Source: Kofleriaceae bacterium (GTDB taxonomy: Bacteria; Myxococcota_A; Polyangia; Haliangiales; Haliangiaceae). Taken from it: a stretch of 39,776 nt of DNA. The notes beneath the pieces were generated by a model. It saw nothing but the letters and a program-made list of their open reading frames with translations. It searched no databases and was not told the DNA's origin. Below, piece by piece: positions 11,971 through 26,348 of the stretch. Made by a program: the position numbers and the translations under genes. How positions within the stretch are numbered: position 1 is the stretch's first letter; the number at the start of each line of letters is the position of its first letter. The stretch spans positions 1 to 39,776 of the forward strand of contig JBKJLC010000162.1 of the NCBI GenBank assembly GCA_046597055.1, read 5' to 3'.

Positions 11971-12101
11971 GAGACCCTCCCCAGGTAGAGCGAAGCAGGG
12001 GATGCCGTAACACGGCCCGAGAAGCCGCTTCAAGATCGCGCGCCGTCGCTGCGTGCAGCGCGGTCGGCGCGCACTCCATGCTTCGCGAGGTTGGAGATCG
12101 A

Positions 12102-12120
12102 GTGTCGTCACGGACGACAC
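12102..12120. promoter_or_regulatory. perfect 8-3-8 palindrome in the preA/mmsA divergent intergenic region, candidate operator
   Basis: GTGTCGTC-ACG-GACGACAC, almost exactly midway between the two start codons. Confidence 0.4.
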
Positions 12121-12250
12121 CCTGCAAGGACACCCGGATTCTCATCGGGGCAGCGGCGACCGCGCGGGGGTCGTCAGCTACCGCCCCGCGGATCGAGCGG
12201 CCATCGCGTGAACAGTTCTCAGGTCCGGCCGCGTGTGGTACCGACATCGC

Positions 12251-13756
<1,506 letters not shown>

Positions 13757-13815
13757 TAGCGGCGGACGCCGGCGATCGGGCCCCTATCCCGGCGCCGTGG
13801 AGTACGATGGGGGCG

Positions 13816-14292
13816 ATGAGCAATCGCGTGGTGACCGAGGTCCGGCCCGAGGCAGGGATCACGCGGGTCACGATCGCTGGGACGATCGACGAGGACTCGG
13901 ACCTCGCGCCGCTGGCGCGTTTGAAGGGTCCAGTCGAGATCGACCTGAGCGGGGTCCGTCGGCTCAACTCGGTCGGCATCCGCGAGTGGATGGACGCCAT
14001 GCGCGCGCTGGCCAGCCGCTCCAAGGTGACCTTCGTGCGTTGCTCGCGCGCCATCGTCGAGCAGCTCAACATGATTCACGGCTTCCTCGGCCACTGCACG
14101 GTCGTCTCGTTCTTCGCCCCGATGCGGTGCGAGCCGTGCGACCGGGACGTCGATCATCTGTTCGACAAGCGGACCGTCGCCGCCGACGACGGCCTGTCCG
14201 AGGTGCGGTGCACGTGCGGGCGCGTGATGGACCTCGACGAGCTCGAGGACAGTTATCTGCTGTTCATCCGCGAGCCGACCGTGGTGCACTGA
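13816..14292 (+). CDS. STAS-like domain protein with C-terminal Cys cluster (CxxC...CxC)
   Basis: VTIAGTIDE, IDLSGVRRLNSVGIREW, IVEQLNMI; CEPC and CTC in the C-terminal part. Confidence 0.75.
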   Translation: MSNRVVTEVRPEAGITRVTIAGTIDEDSDLAPLARLKGPVEIDLSGVRRLNSVGIREWMDAMRALASRSKVTFVRCSRAIVEQLNMIHGFLGHCTVVSFFAPMRCEPCDRDVDHLFDKRTVAADDGLSEVRCTCGRVMDLDELEDSYLLFIREPTVVH

Positions 14293-14420
14293 CGCCGCGG
14301 CCGGGGTCCGAGCCGGCCCGGACCCAGCCCGGGCCTGACCGGCGCCGGGTCGATGCGCCGTGACCGTCAGCGGGGTGACGCCTGGCGCGGGTCGGGGTAG
14401 CGTGTGCGAGAGGTGACGCC

Positions 14421-14882
14421 ATGCCGATGTTCAACAAGATCCTGTTCGCGACCGACTTCTCGCCCGAGTCACGGCGCGCCCTCGGCTGTGCGGTCGAGCT
14501 GGCGGTGCGGCTGGGCACGCCGCTCTTGATCCTGTCGATCGTGCAGATCCCGGCCTATCCCCTCCCCGAGGGCATGCTCGTGCGCGGCCCCGAGGCGATG
14601 TCGGACCTGGTCACGCACGTCCAGGACGCGCTCGAGGGCGAGCGGCTCACCGCGGCCAACCTCGGCGCGGTCGACGTCGAGACCCTGTGGCTCGAGGGTG
14701 CGGCCGCCGCGGAGATCGTGCGGGTCGCGAGCGAGCGCGCGATCGACCTGATCGTCGTCGGCAGCCACGGCCGTGGCGGGTTGACGCGCGCGATCGTCGG
14801 TTCCACCGCCGACAAGATCGTGCGTAGCGCGCACTGCCCGGTGATGGTGGTCGCGCACGAGCCGCCCAGCGCCGCGCACTGA
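14421..14882 (+). CDS. universal stress protein (UspA family)
   Basis: KILFATDFSPES, DLIVVGSHGRGG, VGSTADKIVRSAHCPVMVV. Confidence 0.93.
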   Translation: MPMFNKILFATDFSPESRRALGCAVELAVRLGTPLLILSIVQIPAYPLPEGMLVRGPEAMSDLVTHVQDALEGERLTAANLGAVDVETLWLEGAAAAEIVRVASERAIDLIVVGSHGRGGLTRAIVGSTADKIVRSAHCPVMVVAHEPPSAAH

Positions 14883-15148
14883 GCGCGGTCGGCGCGCCGT
14901 GGAGCGTGCCGTTCACCGGCGGCCGCGGCGGACTGCGGCTCGTGCAACGCCACGGGGCAGTTCGAGCATGCGCCGCACATCCTCTGTCAGTGCGGGGGGG
15001 CTGGGCTGGATCGTCCCTGGTGAGCAGCACGCGCCGTTCCCCGGATAGCCTCGTTCCGTCGAACCCAGCGGCGGGCGAGGCGGGGCCCGGGCCTCACGTA
15101 GACCGCGAGGGCGTGGCCAGCTGTCGCGATCTCGCTGGTAGCATCGAA

Positions 15149-15165
15149 GCTGAACGCATGTACAG
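15149..15165 (-). promoter_or_regulatory. Myxococcus-type LexA (SOS) box upstream of dnaE2
   Basis: Reverse complement CTGTACATGCGTTCAGC fits all 17 positions of the M. xanthus consensus CTRHAMRYBYGTTCAGS (recalled); overlaps the TACAGT -10-like hexamer; 9 nt before the ATG. Confidence 0.85.
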
Positions 15166-15174
15166 TACGCCGCG

Positions 15175-18570
<3,396 letters not shown>

Positions 18571-18752
18571 CCCGGTCCGACGCTCGGCGCCGCCACGTCC
18601 TCCTCACGCGTGTCGCTCGGTGAGCGGGCCCGCTGCCCGCGGTCACTCGTCGAGGCGATGCGGACGCAGGCCGCCGGGCAGCGGCCGCGACCGGGTGGTG
18701 CGGTCGACCAGCGACGCGGCAAGCATCGGTCGCGTGACCCTGGCGGGGCGCA

Positions 18753-19139
18753 TCACGCTCCCGCCGGGCAGAAGGCAATGCAGCTGGCGAAACAGAAGCC
18801 GTTGTCGCCGCACGTCTCGTCGCAGGTCTCGCCCGCCACTTGACCGGCGCAGCGTTCGTAGGCGTCGAGCTGCGACGCCCAGCAGCTCGACGGCTCGAGC
18901 TCGTTTTCGCACTTGGCGCTCTCGTCGCGAATGCAGTCGTTGAGCTTCGTCTGGGACCACCCGAGGCAGCGGCCGAACGCATTGCATGCCTCGGATTGGT
19001 ACGCGCCGCACGCCGTGACCACGTCTTCGCGCGGCGGCGGCGGCGCGCTCTGCGGATCGGCCGGATCATCGGCGCAGGCTGCGACTGCGAGAGCGGCGAA
19101 GGAGACGAGCACGAGCGATGTCCACGGTGATCGATTCAT
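18753..19139 (-). CDS. small cysteine-rich lipoprotein
   Basis: Signal peptide with lipobox VAAC, Pro-rich linker, then 12 Cys; 128 aa. Confidence 0.8.
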   Translation of the reverse strand: MNRSPWTSLVLVSFAALAVAACADDPADPQSAPPPPREDVVTACGAYQSEACNAFGRCLGWSQTKLNDCIRDESAKCENELEPSSCWASQLDAYERCAGQVAGETCDETCGDNGFCFASCIAFCPAGA

Positions 19140-19234
19140 GACCGCACGTATCGCGCCAGCCGTCGCCCGGTTGCGCGGTGGCCCGCAGCTCGACGACCTG
19201 GCCCCGGCCGGGCTCCCGGTGCCTGCGCGGATCG

Positions 19235-19260
19235 TGAAACCTTTCGCGGGTGTCTTCGTA
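19235..19260 (+). promoter_or_regulatory. candidate ECF-sigma promoter of the DoxX/MNIO operon
   Basis: TGAAAC-N16-CGTA (AAC-N16-CGT pattern typical of ECF promoters), 10 nt before the DoxX ATG. Confidence 0.55.
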
Positions 19261-19270
19261 GAAGAGTCCC

Positions 19271-19729
19271 ATGAGCCTCTCCACCGCCCTCGTCACGTTC
19301 CAGGATCGCACCACGGCGGCGACCCGCCGGGTCGACTGGCTGCCCCCGCTCTTGATCCGGGGCGTCCTGGGCGTCACCTTCGTCCTGTCCGGGTGGGGCA
19401 AGCTGCACAACCTCGACAACGTCATCCAGTACTTCCAGTCGCTCGGGATCCCGGCGGCTGGCGTGCAGGCGCCGCTGGTCGCGACCCTGGAGCTCGTGGG
19501 CGGCATCCTGCTGATCGCCGGGCTCGCCACCCGGGTCGCCGCGGCGCTGCTCACCGCGGTGATGGCGGTGGCCATCTACACCGCGATCTGGCCGAAAGCC
19601 GCGGGCTTCACCGACGTCCTGGGCAGCATCGAGGCCATCTACCTCGTCACGTTTGTCTACCTCGCCGTGCATGGTGCCGGCGCGGTCTCCGTGGATCATC
19701 TCGTGGTCCACCACGCAGCGAAGGAATGA
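19271..19729 (+). CDS. DoxX family membrane protein (BufD-like)
   Basis: LLIRGVLGVTFVLSGWGKL, ELVGGILLIAGLATR, GAGAVSVD; ~4 TM helices. Confidence 0.9.
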   Translation: MSLSTALVTFQDRTTAATRRVDWLPPLLIRGVLGVTFVLSGWGKLHNLDNVIQYFQSLGIPAAGVQAPLVATLELVGGILLIAGLATRVAAALLTAVMAVAIYTAIWPKAAGFTDVLGSIEAIYLVTFVYLAVHGAGAVSVDHLVVHHAAKE

Positions 19730-19731
19730 TC

Positions 19732-20037
19732 ATGAACGACTACCTCAAGAGCGGCGCGCTGATCGCGGTCGCGGCGGGTGCCCTGTTCGCCGCCGGTTGC
19801 AAGAAGGACGAGTCGAAGAGCCCGTCGGGGGAGCCCACCAAGGCCAGCGCCGGCGAGAAGACCGCCAAGGTCCACTGCATGGGTGTCAACGAGTGCAAGG
19901 GGCAGGGCGGGTGCAAGACCGCGGCGAACGAGTGTGCCGGCAAGAACGGCTGCAAGGGGCAGGGCTTTGGCGACATGACCGAGGAGGCATGCAAGGAGAA
20001 GGGCGGCACGGTCATGGCAGCGGCCGCGCCGAAGTGA
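19732..20037 (+). CDS. Cys-rich RiPP precursor, bufferin BufA2-like, carrying a lipoprotein signal
   Basis: AAGGA RBS; MNDYLKSGALIAVAAGALFAAGC (lipobox); core with six Cys and two CxGxNxCKGQG repeats, ending C-KEKGG; directly upstream of DUF692. 101 aa. Confidence 0.85.
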   Translation: MNDYLKSGALIAVAAGALFAAGCKKDESKSPSGEPTKASAGEKTAKVHCMGVNECKGQGGCKTAANECAGKNGCKGQGFGDMTEEACKEKGGTVMAAAAPK

Positions 20038-20043
20038 CCTGAC

Positions 20044-20868
20044 GTGTTCCCGCGCCTCGGCCTCGGTCTCGGCCTGCGCCCACCGCACTTTCCGCGGGTG
20101 ACGGCGGGGCCGTGCGCCGGCGTGGACTGGTTCGAGGTCATCACCGAGAACTTCATGGTCGCGGGCGGCAACCCGCGCAAGGTGCTCCGCGCCGTCCGCG
20201 AGCGGTACCCGGTGGTGCTGCACGGGGTGGCGCTCTCGATCGGTTCGGTTGACCCGATCGACGAGCGCTACCTCGATGCCCTCGCTGGGCTGTGCGCCGA
20301 AGTCGAGCCGGCGATCGTGTCTGATCACCTGTGCTGGTCGTCGTTCGGCGGCCACACGGTGCATGACCTCTGGCCGCTGCCGTACACGGCCGAGGTGGTC
20401 GATCACGTGGTCGCGCGCGTCGCGCACGTCCAGGAGCGGCTCGGTCGGCGCATCCTCCTCGAGAACCCCTCGAGCTACCTCGTCTTCGCCGACGGCGAGC
20501 TCGGCGAGGGCGAGGTCCTCGCGGAGATCGCGAGGCGCGCCGACTGCGGCATCCTGCTCGACGTCAACAACGTCTGGGTGTCGTGCCAGAACCACGGCTG
20601 GGATCCGCGGCGCTACCTCGACGCGCTGCCCGCCGACCGGATCGGCCAGATCCACCTGGCCGGACACAGCCACGAGGGCGCGCTCCTGATCGACACCCAC
20701 GACCACCCGGTCTGCGATGACGTCTGGACGCTCTACCGTGACGCGATCCGGCGGTTCGGGCCGGTGTCGACCTGCCTCGAGCGCGACGATCGGATCCCGC
20801 CGTTCGACGAGCTGGTCGCCGAGCTCCGGCTCGCGCGCGAAGCGAGCGGCCAGCCGGTGGCCACATGA
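20044..20868 (+). CDS. DUF692 multinuclear non-heme iron oxidative enzyme (MNIO, BufB-like)
   Basis: GLGLR, FEVITENF, HGVALSIGS, SDHLCW, LENPSSY, LLDVNN, IHLAGH, IDTH, LERD metal-ligand motifs. Confidence 0.95.
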   Translation: MFPRLGLGLGLRPPHFPRVTAGPCAGVDWFEVITENFMVAGGNPRKVLRAVRERYPVVLHGVALSIGSVDPIDERYLDALAGLCAEVEPAIVSDHLCWSSFGGHTVHDLWPLPYTAEVVDHVVARVAHVQERLGRRILLENPSSYLVFADGELGEGEVLAEIARRADCGILLDVNNVWVSCQNHGWDPRRYLDALPADRIGQIHLAGHSHEGALLIDTHDHPVCDDVWTLYRDAIRRFGPVSTCLERDDRIPPFDELVAELRLAREASGQPVAT

Positions 20869-21623
20869 GTCTCGAGGCGCTCCAGCGGCGATTCCACGAT
20901 GCGATCACGGGCCGGGCGTCGCTCGCGACCGCGCGGGAGCTCGTGCGCGAGGACGGGATCCAGCCGCTCGATCGCCTCCAGGTCTACGCGCACGCCTACT
21001 TCGTGCGCATCCGCGACGCGCTCGCCGCGGAGTACCCGAAGCTCGCCGTCGTCCTCGGCGACCACGACTTCACCGCGCTGATCTCGCGCTACCTCGACGG
21101 GTACCCGACCCGCCATCCGTCGCTCCGCGACGCGGGCGTGCGCCTCCCCCGGTTCCTGTCCGAGGACGACGGCGCGCGGGTGGGCTCGCGCTGGCAGGCC
21201 GATCTCGCGCGGCTCGAACGCGCGCGGACGGAGGTGTTCGACGGCCCCGACGCGACGCCGCTCCGGCGCGAGGACCTCGCGACGCTCGCGCCGGAGATGT
21301 TCCCGGAGCTGTGGCTCCGGCTGATCCCGTCGAGCGTGGTCGTCTCGATCGCGAGCAACGCCGACGACGGGTGGGCTGCGATCGAGGACGGCAGCCCGCC
21401 GCCGGTCGCCGCCCCGGGCGCGCGCATCGTGCTGGTGTGGCGGCGCGAGATCACGGTCGTCCATCGCACGCTCGGCGACGACGAGGCCCACCTGATCGAC
21501 CGCGTGCGGTCGGGCGTCAGCTTCGCCGAGGTCTGCGCGGGGTTGATCGGGCCCGACGCCGTGGACCGCGCGCTCGCGCTCGTCCTCGGGTGGCTCGACG
21601 CCGAGATCCTCGCGCGTCCGTGA
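20865..21623 (+). CDS. DUF2063 MNIO partner protein (BufC-like)
   Basis: LQRRF, RLQVYAHAYF.R..DAL..EYP, DLARLERA; ATGA overlap with the DUF692 stop. Confidence 0.88.
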   Translation: MSLEALQRRFHDAITGRASLATARELVREDGIQPLDRLQVYAHAYFVRIRDALAAEYPKLAVVLGDHDFTALISRYLDGYPTRHPSLRDAGVRLPRFLSEDDGARVGSRWQADLARLERARTEVFDGPDATPLRREDLATLAPEMFPELWLRLIPSSVVVSIASNADDGWAAIEDGSPPPVAAPGARIVLVWRREITVVHRTLGDDEAHLIDRVRSGVSFAEVCAGLIGPDAVDRALALVLGWLDAEILARP

Positions 21624-21967
21624 AGCTCCGCGGCGTCTCGAGGTAGCCGCTGGTCGCACCCTGGGTTTCGTCGGTGGCGTAGGAGCGGCACCGACTGTCC
21701 TCCGAACGGAACTGAGGTGGCAGGCTCTTTCTGCCTCGGTGAGCGTCAGCGACTCGCGGCCGCTACGATTCTCGTGACCTTTTTCGCGGCGTGGCCACTA
21801 ATGCCATCATGGGGAACGGGGGCTCGCTGCGTCTGGCGATCGCGGTGCGAGCGCGCCCGCGTCGTGAGCCCCGCCGGTGGCGGGCTCGACACCGGGGCGC
21901 CCAGCATGTGCCGTGCGGCGTCTCGCCTTCAGTCTTGCGCGTGACCGTCTAACTACGAGGAGGATCC

Positions 21968-22312
21968 ATGCGACTTCGCTTCCTTACCGTTCTGATATGG
22001 CTGGTCTCGCTCGGCCTCGCCGGCTGCGGCGACGACGTGGGTGGCGACGGCGAACTGGTCGGCGCACCGTGCGCAGCCCGGGCCGATTGCGCCGAGCGGT
22101 GTGTTACCGGCGGCGACTTCCCGCAGGGGGTCTGCAGCGCGTCGTGCTCCACCGACGACGACTGCCCCTCCGGCACGCGCTGCATCGACAAGGAAGGCGG
22201 AATCTGTTTGCTTGCCTGCGACCGGCCCGCCGACTGCCGGGGTGGCTACACGTGCAAGGGCGTGACGAACCAGGGCCACGGTGGCGACTCGTTGGTCTGT
22301 ATCGGTGGTTGA
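21968..22312 (+). CDS. small cysteine-rich lipoprotein
   Basis: GAGGAGG RBS; lipobox LAGC; 12 further Cys in CxxxC-xxxxDC-type repeats; 114 aa. Confidence 0.85.
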   Translation: MRLRFLTVLIWLVSLGLAGCGDDVGGDGELVGAPCAARADCAERCVTGGDFPQGVCSASCSTDDDCPSGTRCIDKEGGICLLACDRPADCRGGYTCKGVTNQGHGGDSLVCIGG

Positions 22313-22420
22313 GCTCGCGCTCCTGCCGTGACCGGCGTGGCGGGGCCGCTGCCAGCACCGCACGCGCGGGCCTCGTGACCCGGCGCTTCGTCGCGATCCG
22401 CCTCGCGCGGCGCGCGCAGC

Positions 22421-23281
22421 TCAGGCGGCCGGGGGGCCGCCCACGTCGGTCAGGGTCGCCAGCTCGGTCGCCTCGAGCGTGATCTCGCCAGCGGCGAGGT
22501 CCTGGGCCATGTGCGCCGGGTCCTTGGTGCCGGTGAGTGGCAGCATGCCGAGCTGCTGCGCGAAGCGGAAGACGACCTGGGCCGGCGTGCGAGCGTGGCG
22601 GGTCGCGATCGCGACCACGCCGGGATGGACCAGGACGTGGCGGTTGGCGGTGAGCAGCGAGAAGCCCTGGTAGACGATGTCGTGGTCGGCGCAGATCGCG
22701 CGCACGGCGCGGTCCCAGCCACGCGCGGCGTGGCAGCGGTTCTGCACGAACGCCGGCACGACCCGGGCCCTACCGATCAGCTCGGTGAGCTGGTGGGCGG
22801 TCACGTTGCTGACGCCGAGCAGGCGCGTGCCGCCGGCGTGGGCCAGCCCCTCCATCGCGCGCCAGGCGGCGTGGTCGTCTGCGCCCAGGCCGTCGGTCTG
22901 CGAGGGGCCGTGGAGCAGCAGGCTGTCGAGCCGGTCGACGCCGAGGTGGGTGAGCGAGCTCTGGAACGACTGGGCGACCTGGTCGCCGACCGGGGCCGCG
23001 GGGTCGTAGGGCAGGCGGTGATCCTGGCCGTCCTGGAAGGTGAACTTGGTCTGGAGAAACAGGTCGTCGCGCGCGAGGCGGCCGTCGCCGAGCACGCGGG
23101 CCAGGGCCCGGCCCACGCCCTCCTCGACGTAGTGCTTGCGCTGGTTGGCGGTGTCGATGCCGCGGAAGCCGGCGGTCAGGGCGGCCACCACCAGCTCCTC
23201 GGTGGCGAGCTCCTTCCAGGCGGTCCCGTACAGAAGCGGGGGCACGGGCACGCCGCGCACGGTGGTCAGGGGCGGGGTCAT
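22421..23281 (-). CDS. aldo/keto reductase
   Basis: YGTAW, GFRGIDTA, LFLQTKF, LDSLLLH, LGVSN, VQNRC, AQVVFRF. Confidence 0.92.
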   Translation of the reverse strand: MTPPLTTVRGVPVPPLLYGTAWKELATEELVVAALTAGFRGIDTANQRKHYVEEGVGRALARVLGDGRLARDDLFLQTKFTFQDGQDHRLPYDPAAPVGDQVAQSFQSSLTHLGVDRLDSLLLHGPSQTDGLGADDHAAWRAMEGLAHAGGTRLLGVSNVTAHQLTELIGRARVVPAFVQNRCHAARGWDRAVRAICADHDIVYQGFSLLTANRHVLVHPGVVAIATRHARTPAQVVFRFAQQLGMLPLTGTKDPAHMAQDLAAGEITLEATELATLTDVGGPPAA

Positions 23282-23403
23282 GGCGCGGATCTCCAGGTCG
23301 GGGCGAGGCACCGGCGGGGCCCGGTGCCGAGCCGTGCTCAGCGCGGAGCGTATGCGCAGTAGTGCGCGGGCGCGGGCGAAATGATACCAACGGCTTGCAG
23401 TCC

Positions 23404-24561
23404 ATGGCGGATCCTCTCGAAGTCCTGCTCGCCGACGGTATCGTCGAGGAGGTGCTTGGCCGGCTCAAGAGCGGCAAGGAAGCCGACATCTCGCTGGTCC
23501 GGCATCGGGGCGAGGTGGTCGCGGCGAAGGTCTACAAGGACCGGGCCACGCGCAGCTTCAAGAACAACGTCGAGTACAAGGAAGGCCGCAAGGTCCGCAA
23601 CACGCGCACCCAGCGCTCGATGGACAGCGGCGGCAAGTTCGGACGCGACGCGGCCGAGGAGGCGTGGAAGTCGGCCGAGGTCGACGCGCTCTACCGCCTC
23701 GCCGGCACCGGCGTCCGCATCCCGCGGCCGGTCCTGTTCTACGAGGGCGTGCTGCTGATGGAGCTGGTCATGGACGACGAGGGCCGGCCGGCGCCGCGCC
23801 TCATCGACGTCGCGCTCGATCCGGCCGCGGCCGGCAAGGTGTTCGCCGATCTGCGCGGGCAGATCGTCGCGATGCTGTGCTGTGATCTCATTCACGGTGA
23901 TCTGTCGCCGTACAACGTGCTGGCGGCGGCGGCCGGTCCGACGATCATCGACTTCCCGCAGGTGATCGGCGCGGCCCACAGCTCGCGCGCCGAGTTCTTC
24001 TTCGACCGCGACTTCCAGAACATCCTGCGCTACGCGGCGGAGTTCGACCCGACGCTGGCCGTCAAGCATGCCGGCGACGCCCGCGCGATCTGGCGCGCCT
24101 ATGTCGCGCGCGAGCTGACGCCCAGCTTCGTGCCGCCGCCGCCACGGCCGCCGATGCGGACCGATCGACGGCCCGACGCTCGGGCAGGCCAGCGGCCCGA
24201 TCCGCGGTCGAGCGCCCGCCCGGATCCGCGCGGATTCCAGCCGCGGCCCGACCCACGGGGTCCGCAGCGGCCCGACGCACGCGCGCCGCAGCGGCCCGAC
24301 GCACGGGGTCCGCAGCGGCCCGACGTACGGGGTCCGCAGCGGCCCGACGGACGCGCGCCGCAGCGGCCCGACGGACGCGCGCCGACTCGAACCGAGCCGC
24401 CCGCGCAGCCCAAACCCGATCTCCGAACGCCACCGCGAGCGGATCTGCGCACCCCGCGGACGACGACCGAGCAGCCGCGCCGGCCACCGCCTCCGCAGCG
24501 CGCGGCACCGGCGCCGCCGCCCGCCGGCGGGCACCGCCGCCGACCCAAGCGCCGCTGGTAA
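23404..24561 (+). CDS. RIO1-family atypical protein kinase/ATPase with repetitive Arg/Pro-rich C-terminal tail
   Basis: LKSGKEA, AAKVYK, LLMELV, IHGDLSPYNVL, IIDFPQ. Confidence 0.9.
   Translation: MADPLEVLLADGIVEEVLGRLKSGKEADISLVRHRGEVVAAKVYKDRATRSFKNNVEYKEGRKVRNTRTQRSMDSGGKFGRDAAEEAWKSAEVDALYRLAGTGVRIPRPVLFYEGVLLMELVMDDEGRPAPRLIDVALDPAAAGKVFADLRGQIVAMLCCDLIHGDLSPYNVLAAAAGPTIIDFPQVIGAAHSSRAEFFFDRDFQNILRYAAEFDPTLAVKHAGDARAIWRAYVARELTPSFVPPPPRPPMRTDRRPDARAGQRPDPRSSARPDPRGFQPRPDPRGPQRPDARAPQRPDARGPQRPDVRGPQRPDGRAPQRPDGRAPTRTEPPAQPKPDLRTPPRADLRTPRTTTEQPRRPPPPQRAAPAPPPAGGHRRRPKRRW
24238..24384 (+). repeat. 24-bp tandem repeat (core CCGCAGCGGCCCGACG) encoding PQRPDxR(G/A)
   Basis: Core copies start at 24262, 24286, 24310, 24334 and 24358, with degenerate copies upstream. 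Confidence 0.9.
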
Positions 24562-24691
24562 CGGGCGGGAGCGTGGCGCGGATGCGCCGCTGTATCGCTC
24601 GTCAACGGGTGGGCGAGCGCCTCCGCCACAGGCGCGCGCGGACAGCACAGTCAGTGTGCGCTAACTACACGCTTTCAGAGAGGTTCTGGGT

Positions 24692-24707
24692 TGGCTCTCA
24701 ACTTGCT
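24692..24707 (+). promoter_or_regulatory. sigma54 promoter upstream of the NtrC-family regulator
   Basis: TGGCTCTCAACTTGCT = TGGC-N7-TTGCT in a locally AT-richer intergenic stretch, 23 nt before ATG 24731. Confidence 0.65.
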
Positions 24708-24730
24708 AAATCCGCGGAAGCGAGCCCCAT

Positions 24731-26158
<1,428 letters not shown>

Positions 26159-26233
26159 CCTGGCTGGGGCTGGCGGACCGACCCGGCGCTCGCAAGGCGC
26201 CGGGTCTTTGCGCGTCCGGGGTCAGGGCTCGCT

Positions 26234-26298
26234 GCCACCGCACCGTCACCGAGCGTTCGCGATGGCGCGGCAGTCCGGACACCTCGGAGCGCTACCGT
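26234..26298 (+). promoter_or_regulatory. Pho-box-like phased repeats plus -10 hexamer upstream of the OmpR-type regulator
   Basis: GCCAC 26234, GTCAC 26245, TTCGC 26256, GACAC 26278 (11-bp phase; the 26267 slot is poor), then 10 nt and TACCGT at 26293. Confidence 0.45.
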
Positions 26299-26348
26299 GA
26301 TGAGTGTTGCTCGAATCGTCTGCACCCGCCGGAAGCCCGGGCGTTGCC

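Noticed and set aside
14883..15148. Spacer upstream of dnaE2 as an imuA/imuB remnant or small gene
   Set aside because: No recognisable Y-family or RecA-like residues in any frame, and the ORFs there lack coding-like composition.
19143..19158. TGGCGCGATACGTGCG (minus strand) as a sigma54 promoter for the Cys-rich lipoprotein
   Set aside because: The predicted +1 would fall downstream of the ATG needed for the signal peptide.
19271..21623. DUF692 cluster as a methanobactin-type or wholly new RiPP class
   Set aside because: Precursor motif and DoxX/DUF2063 partners fit the described bufferin-type layout; only the lipid anchor is flagged as unusual.
24238..24384. 24-bp repeats as a possible CRISPR array
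   Set aside because: Head-to-tail with no unique spacers, in frame within a CDS, and no cas genes.
24665..24679. CTACACGCTTTCAG as a second LexA box
   Set aside because: Two bases short of the CTRHAMRYBYGTTCAGS spacing and lacks GTTC.
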